From Peribolospora baueri (lineage: Eukaryota): a stretch of 27,086 nt of DNA. Every line of letters begins with the position of its first letter. Position 1 is the stretch's first letter. The stretch lies in assembly GCA_029717555.1 (NCBI GenBank), contig JAMDHS010000086.1:62001-89086 (forward strand), read 5' to 3'. Shown one piece after another: positions 21,928-27,086 of the stretch. The translations under genes and the position numbers were made by a program. The notes under the pieces are model-generated. The model saw nothing but the letters and a program-made list of their open reading frames with translations, was not told the DNA's origin and did not search any database.

Positions 21928-22642
21928 ATGACGACGACGACGACGAGCGACCGCACCGCTACGCTCGTCCCCGTCCTCACCGTCGCCGACGGCTCGGGCA
22001 ACGGCCCCCCGGCTCGCCCTCGCCTCTGGTACCTCCTTCCTTCCCTCGCCGCCATCGACCTCACCCTCACCCTTTCCCTCGTCCTCGCCGTCCTCTTCGA
22101 CGACGCACACCGGCCGTCGTCGAACCCGGCCGACGACAATGACAACTCCAACTTGGCCCTCGCAATCCTCGCTTGTACTCTCGCAAGAGCTTGCGTCGTT
22201 GGCCTCGCTGGCTTCTCTACAAAGCCGTTGAGCGCGTTTGGTGTTGTTGTCGCTGTCGTCTGTCTTGTGCGTGTCCTTCTTTCTTATTGGATGCGAGCGA
22301 GAGCGAGACTCCCGACACGACATTCCCTTCACTCGCTGACATTCGACGTCCTACTTTCCATCCATCCATCCATTCCGCCAGGCGTCCCTCCTCTTCGTCA
22401 TCTCCATCGCCAGCCTTTTTTTCCAAGCACAGCCCCAGCCACCGCCCTCGCCGACGTCGACCGCCATCGCAGCGCACAACCCCCTCCTCCCCCTCCTCAC
22501 CTCCTCCTCCCTCTTTCCTATCCTCGAATGGCTCCTCTTCCTCTTCCTCGTCCGCCGAACGAGCCAGAGCCAGGACGCGTGCGGACTAGAGAACGACGAG
22601 GACGACCATCCGACGGGTCACTACGGCACGTTCGACGGATGA
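21928..22642 (+). CDS. Four-TM membrane protein, 199 aa, resembling MENTAL / TAPL-TMD0 domains. Exons 21928-22266 and 22382-22642
   Basis: A phase-0 intron GTGCGT..GCTGAC..CCAG (22267-22381) joins hydrophobic segments: LWYLLPSLAAIDLTLTLSLVLAVLF; LALAILACTLARACVVGLAGF; AFGVVVAVVCL-ASLLFVISIASLFF; LLPLLTSSSLFPILEWLLFLFLV. The tail is acidic and ends YGTFDG. Confidence 0.75.
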
Positions 22643-22771
22643 CCATATCCATCCCCTCCTTACGAACGAACGATACCCCTTCGGTCCGAAACGAGTCCGA
22701 TCTATCTACCCTCCGCAGTGTGCTCTATGTATTGCATTGCCCATACCCTACATATTCACGAAATGATAATG

Positions 22772-24976
22772 CTATCGAGCGGCTTCGGAAGACGATGACG
22801 GCGCGTCCGACTCTCCCTTCCCTTCCTCCTTGCCCTTGTCCCTGAACTTGTCCTTACCCTTTTCCCTGAACTTGTCCCTACCCTTTTCCCTGAACTTGTC
22901 CTTGCCCCCGTCCACCCTCACCTCCCCTTTCTCCTCCCGACGCCGATCCGCCCTCCAACTCCCTCTGACCCCCGTAGTCCGGTGTACAAAGTCACCAAGC
23001 TCGCGACTAACCTTGTATCCCGCGCGCTCCATCTCCTCCACCGCTTGCTCCCACCGCTCGTCCTTATTCACCGCACACTTGCGAATGATCGCTTCGTACA
23101 CCCCTTGTGAAGGCACTACGCCCTTGTGTTTGATGTTCTCTAGGAAGGTGAACGCGTCCTCGTACGTCGACTGCGTCAGGCACAGCAGCACCATCTGCTC
23201 GTACGTCCCCGCGTTCGCCTCCACCCCCGCGTCCCCCATCTCCGCCAACAGCCGATCGCCCAAAGGCCGCTGGCCAGCCTGGACGCAGCCAGACAAGAGG
23301 AGGTTGAACGTATCGACGTTCGGCCGCACGTTCAAGTTCTCACACTCCTTGTACGTCGCCAATGCCCGGTGAAGATCCACGAGCGCCACCGAGGCCTTGA
23401 TGACCGTGTTGAGCGCCGTGACGTCCACCTTGATCCCCTTTTGGTGGAGCCCTTCGAGCATGTAGAACGACTCGTCCAACGTCTCCAAGTCCGTCGAGAT
23501 TGCCTTGTACAACGCGTCCGCCGTCTCCGATACCGGCTTGGTCCCCAGTTCTCGCATCGTGCTCAACACCTGCATCCCCTCCCGAAGTTGTCCCGCGCGG
23601 CAGTACGCCTCGAGCAGCGGCGCAAAGTGATGCTCCTGGAACTTGACGCCTTGCGATTGGAGCACGCCGATCACCCGCGTCGCCAACGCCGGCTTGCCCG
23701 CCCGAGCCGCGACGTTCAGCACGGCGATGCAAAGGCCCTCTTCCGGTACGACCCGATACCCCGTCACCGCCTGCTCCCACGCCTTTTCTACTCCCTCCAC
23801 CTACGGCCAGCCAGAAGCGATCCCAAGTCAGCGACATCACACGACGCGGACCAGGAAAAGAACCATCGAACGGTTACTCACATGGTGTCGGTCCGCGCAA
23901 CACCGCAGCACCGTCATCCACATCTTCGGCGTCAGCTTCCTCAATCCCTGCCCTTCAAACTCCTCCGCCAGATCAAAGATCAAGCGCGCCTCTCGGTACT
24001 CGGCCGCAATCTCAAGCACGTCCCCCTCCGCATCTGCCGTCGGCTTCAGTCCGTCCTCGGACATACGAGTCAGAGTCTGCAGCGCGCCTTCCAAGTTGCC
24101 CTTGTAGCGGTAATGTCGGATCAGATGGGCGTAGGTGATGGCGTTCCGCGGTACGTGCTCGGAGGACATGCGCGCCAGGATGCCGGCCAAGCTGACATCG
24201 TCGCCGGCCATGACGGCCGCCTATTGAGTTGAACGAGGCATGCCAATGATTAGAGACTCTGCACAAAGTTAAACATTCCAATCACTTGGTCTCACCTTGA
24301 CGAGGTGGTTGAAGCTCTCCAAGTCCGCTCTCACGCGCGCTCGATCCATGTCCGTCAAGACGCCGAGCGCTTCCTGCACCATGCCATGCAAGGAGAACGC
24401 CTTGAGGAGAGCGTTGTAAACGCCCACGTCCGCCTCCGTCGTTTGCCCTTCAAACGCCCTCCGGTCCTCCGCATCCAGCTCGTCCCCCCTCTCCAGGATA
24501 GCTTTCCTCGTTTCTATCGCCTCGTCGAAGTGGGCCTTGATCTTCGAGCTGATGCTCATTACGCTCCCAAGGCGCCCGCGTTCAGCATTACGCTCGAGAG
24601 CAAGAAACAAATCGCGCGGCCGCTCCGTGACGCCAGCCGGGCGAAGGACATGTGGAAGCTGGTTGGGATCAGAAGGTGGTGGCGTCCGCGAATCTTCGGA
24701 GAGTACGTCCTGTCGTCCATTTGCTCGAGCGCTGGAGAACGCGTGACGGTGCGGCGCAGCGTAACGTAAGAGGCCTGCGGAAGAATTGCGAAGGGCGAAT
24801 TGTCAGCGCAACGTCTCGAGCTGGCGGCGAGCCAATTCGCGAGTTCGAGCATCTGCGTGGGCGGCCCCTCCACCGAGCAGCTCACCTCGAGCGGGGGCCC
24901 CTACAATTCCTGCCGCTGGTGCCACAGCTGACCGCGGAGGTCGCGATGCCCATTTTGACGCTGAGCGGGCCAGCAT
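22772..24976 (-). CDS. Pentatricopeptide-repeat (PPR) protein, probably mitochondrial, ~645 aa. Exons 24976-24886, 24774-24296, 24220-23882, 23800-22772
   Basis: Arg/Ser/Ala-rich N-terminus MLARSASKWASRPPR. Repeated PPR motifs: DVGVYNALLKAF, NAITYAHLIRHY, HHFAPLLEAYCRAG, DVTALNTVIKAS, PNVDTFNLLLSGC, NAGTYEQMVLLC, PSQGVYEAIIRKC. Confidence 0.9.
22833..22904. repeat. 3 x 24-bp tandem repeat encoding KDKFREKG-like units in the PPR C-terminus
   Basis: Unit CCCTTTTCCCTGAACTTGTCCTTA, with about one mismatch per copy. Confidence 0.95.
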
Positions 24977-25210
24977 GGCTGCTTGTCGAGGATGAAAGGG
25001 ATGGGAAGAAGGAAAAGGCGGAAGCGTGCTCCATCCCTCCGTCCGCACGGATCAGGCTCCTGCACCCGAAATTCTGAACGCGGCTCGTGAGAAGATCGGC
25101 CGCAGCATTTTGAACGAACCCTCATCGTGGCCGTTCGCACAAAAGTTCAGCGTGGTCCGCGCTCGGAAGAGAGAGAGAGAAGAGCACTCTGGAGAAGACA
25201 TCGAACGATC

Positions 25211-26956
25211 ATGGCTCCAGCACAGACGAAGAACAAGGCCTCGCGCACCAACCCGACCGGGGCACCTTTGCAGGCGAAGCAGTCCAGTAGGAAGGGTAAG
25301 AAGGCATGGAGGAAGAACGTAGACATCTCCGAGATCGAGTCCGGGTTGGAAGAATTGAGGGAGCAAGAGAAAACCAGGTGAGCTAGCTGCCTGTCCGTAC
25401 TCAGGCGCCCTTTTCGCTATCCCCCATGAGTCTCACTCGAGCTCTGCTTCCTGTATGGACCACTAGTGGAGTGCTACACCGCAAGCAAAACGAAGACCTC
25501 TTCGTAATTGACACAGAGGGCGACGAGCAAGGTGAGTGCCTGCCTTTCGCTTCGATACGTCCCGTCGAGCGTCCCGTCCTCACCGAGGTTTTCCCTCGCT
25601 CGTGCACATCGCTTGCTCCCCGCGGATCGCAGTGAAGCGTCGCGTACGTTCGTCCAAGCCTCTCAAGTCGACGGAAATTCTCGCCCAGCGCTCCTCCGTA
25701 CCCGCCATCGCCGGCCGCGCCCGCTCGAGCCTCAACTTGCCTTCTCGAAGCTCGGCTACTTCCACAACCACTGGAAGCCAAAAGGCCAAACTCTCCAAGG
25801 CCATGCAGAAGCGCCTTCAGCGCACGGCCCACAAGGTGGTCAAGGGACCGTTTGGCGCCGTTGTGGAGGAGGAAAATGCTCATAGCACATGGGCGGAGGT
25901 GACTGAGGCGATACGCAGGGCGGGTACGTACGACGTATGGGCGGATTCGGAAGAAGGGAGCGAGACAAAGGAGACGCCGAGCAGCAAGAAGGCCGGCAAA
26001 CGCAAGGCCGAGCCGGACAATTTCGTTGAGGAGCTGGTCAGGAAGAAGGCCGTCAAGCCGCCCGCTTCGCTGACGCGCGATGGACGCCTGGCCATACCCG
26101 CCGTGTCGGTACCTCACCCTGGCCAAAGCTACAACCCGGAGGTAGAGGCGCACAACGAGCTGATCGATAAGGTATACCGCGGCGAGAAGCTCAAGGACGA
26201 CGAAGCGGAGCGGTTGGCCCAGCTTAAGGCTGAGTGGGAGAAGAGGGGCAAGCGAGCCAGGGAGGAAGAGGAAGAAGAGGACGGGATAGTGAGAGCAGGT
26301 GGAATGCGCGTGGACACGCCCACCGAAGTCGAGGAGGATGAGAGTGAAGCGGGACAAGACGAGGACAAGACGTCAGGACAGAAGAAAGAGATGAGGAGAA
26401 AGACGAAGGCGGAGAGGGCCAGACGACGAAGAGCCGCAGAAGAAGTGAGTGTTGTCGGTCTTCGGTTATATGCTCTTAGCGGGGGTGACCGCTCACGCAC
26501 CTCCTACCTTTGTCTTCTGTCCCAGCTGCGAGCCCTCGCAGAACGCCGCCGGAAGAAAAGTCTCAACGCTTCCATTTCCCAACTGCCCTCGATTTCCAAG
26601 ACGCTCCAAAAGACCCTTTCCGCCCGAGCAGAGGCTATGGCGGCGCGGAAGCGGGAGAAGGCGGAGAGGCTGAAGAAGCAGGGGATCGTGGGGGAGAAGA
26701 TTGGCAAGTATACGGTGCAGGAACCGAGGCAGGACGTGCAACTGGGAGAGGAGCTGAGCGAGAGCTTACGAGGCCTCAAGGTAGGTGGCGCCGCCGCGTT
26801 GGCATGTGCCGTCTTGAACACACACGATGAGCGTTGCTGATCTGATCTGAATCCCACGCCGCGCTCTCCACTCAATCAGACCGAAGGCAACCTGTTCCGC
26901 GACCGCTTCGTGAGCATGCAACAGAGAGCTCTGGCCGAGCCTCGCGTCCCCGTCGT
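25211..26956 (+). CDS. NOP53: Ribosome biogenesis protein Nop53/GLTSCR2, 3' end outside the window. Exons 25211-25377, 25467-25531, 25633-26444, 26526-26780, 26880-26956
   Basis: QSSRKGKKAWRKNVDISEIE; arch-interacting motif DLFVID; PLKSTEILAQRSSVPA; PHPGQSYNPEVEAH; DVQLGEELSESLRGLKTEGNLFRDRF..MQQRALAEPR. Confidence 0.95.
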
Positions 26957-27042
26957 GTGAGTCGTCGTCGCGTCTGTCTGCCTCGGCCTTTCTGGCCTAC
27001 CTCCCTCGGGACGACTCGCCTAGAAAGACGTGCTCATCCCCA

Positions 27043-27044
<2 letters not shown>

Positions 27045-27082
<38 letters not shown>
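27045..27082. repeat. 38-nt poly(T) tract within the last visible NOP53 intron
   Basis: Read directly. It follows a GTGAGT donor at 26957. Confidence 0.9.
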
Positions 27083-27083
<1 letters not shown>

Positions 27084-27086
27084 GTC

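Noticed and set aside
22267..22845. Pro-rich C-terminus of the 305-aa ORF in the track
   Set aside because: Produced by reading through an intron with good splice signals. The spliced frame gives coherent TM helices.
22833..22904. Repeat array as a possible CRISPR
   Set aside because: Head-to-tail tandem units with no spacers, inside a eukaryotic coding exon.

Overview
Gene-dense, intron-rich, GC-rich eukaryotic DNA that reads as a basidiomycete fungus (GTRAGY donors, YTRAC branch points, mostly ~75-155 nt introns). I reconstructed nine protein-coding genes by hand-splicing. In order: an ataxin-3/Josephin deubiquitinase (-, built from micro-exons, largely missed by the ORF track, runs off the left edge); ATG27 (+); the golgin COY1/CASP (-); an EST1/SMG7-like protein with no PIN domain (-); exocyst SEC15 (-); an intronless GT32 mannosyltransferase of the SUR1/CSH1 type (-); a 199-aa four-TM protein resembling MENTAL/TMD0 domains (+); a PPR protein (-); and NOP53 (+, runs off the right edge). 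I saw no tRNA, rRNA, CRISPR or transposon. The points most worth checking are the MENTAL-like membrane protein head-to-head with the sphingolipid mannosyltransferase, two GC-AG introns, an AUGA-overlapping uORF on SEC15, possible NMD-autoregulation features on the SMG7-like gene, and telobox motifs in a microsatellite-rich GC domain. Family assignments come from recalled motifs, not database searches.
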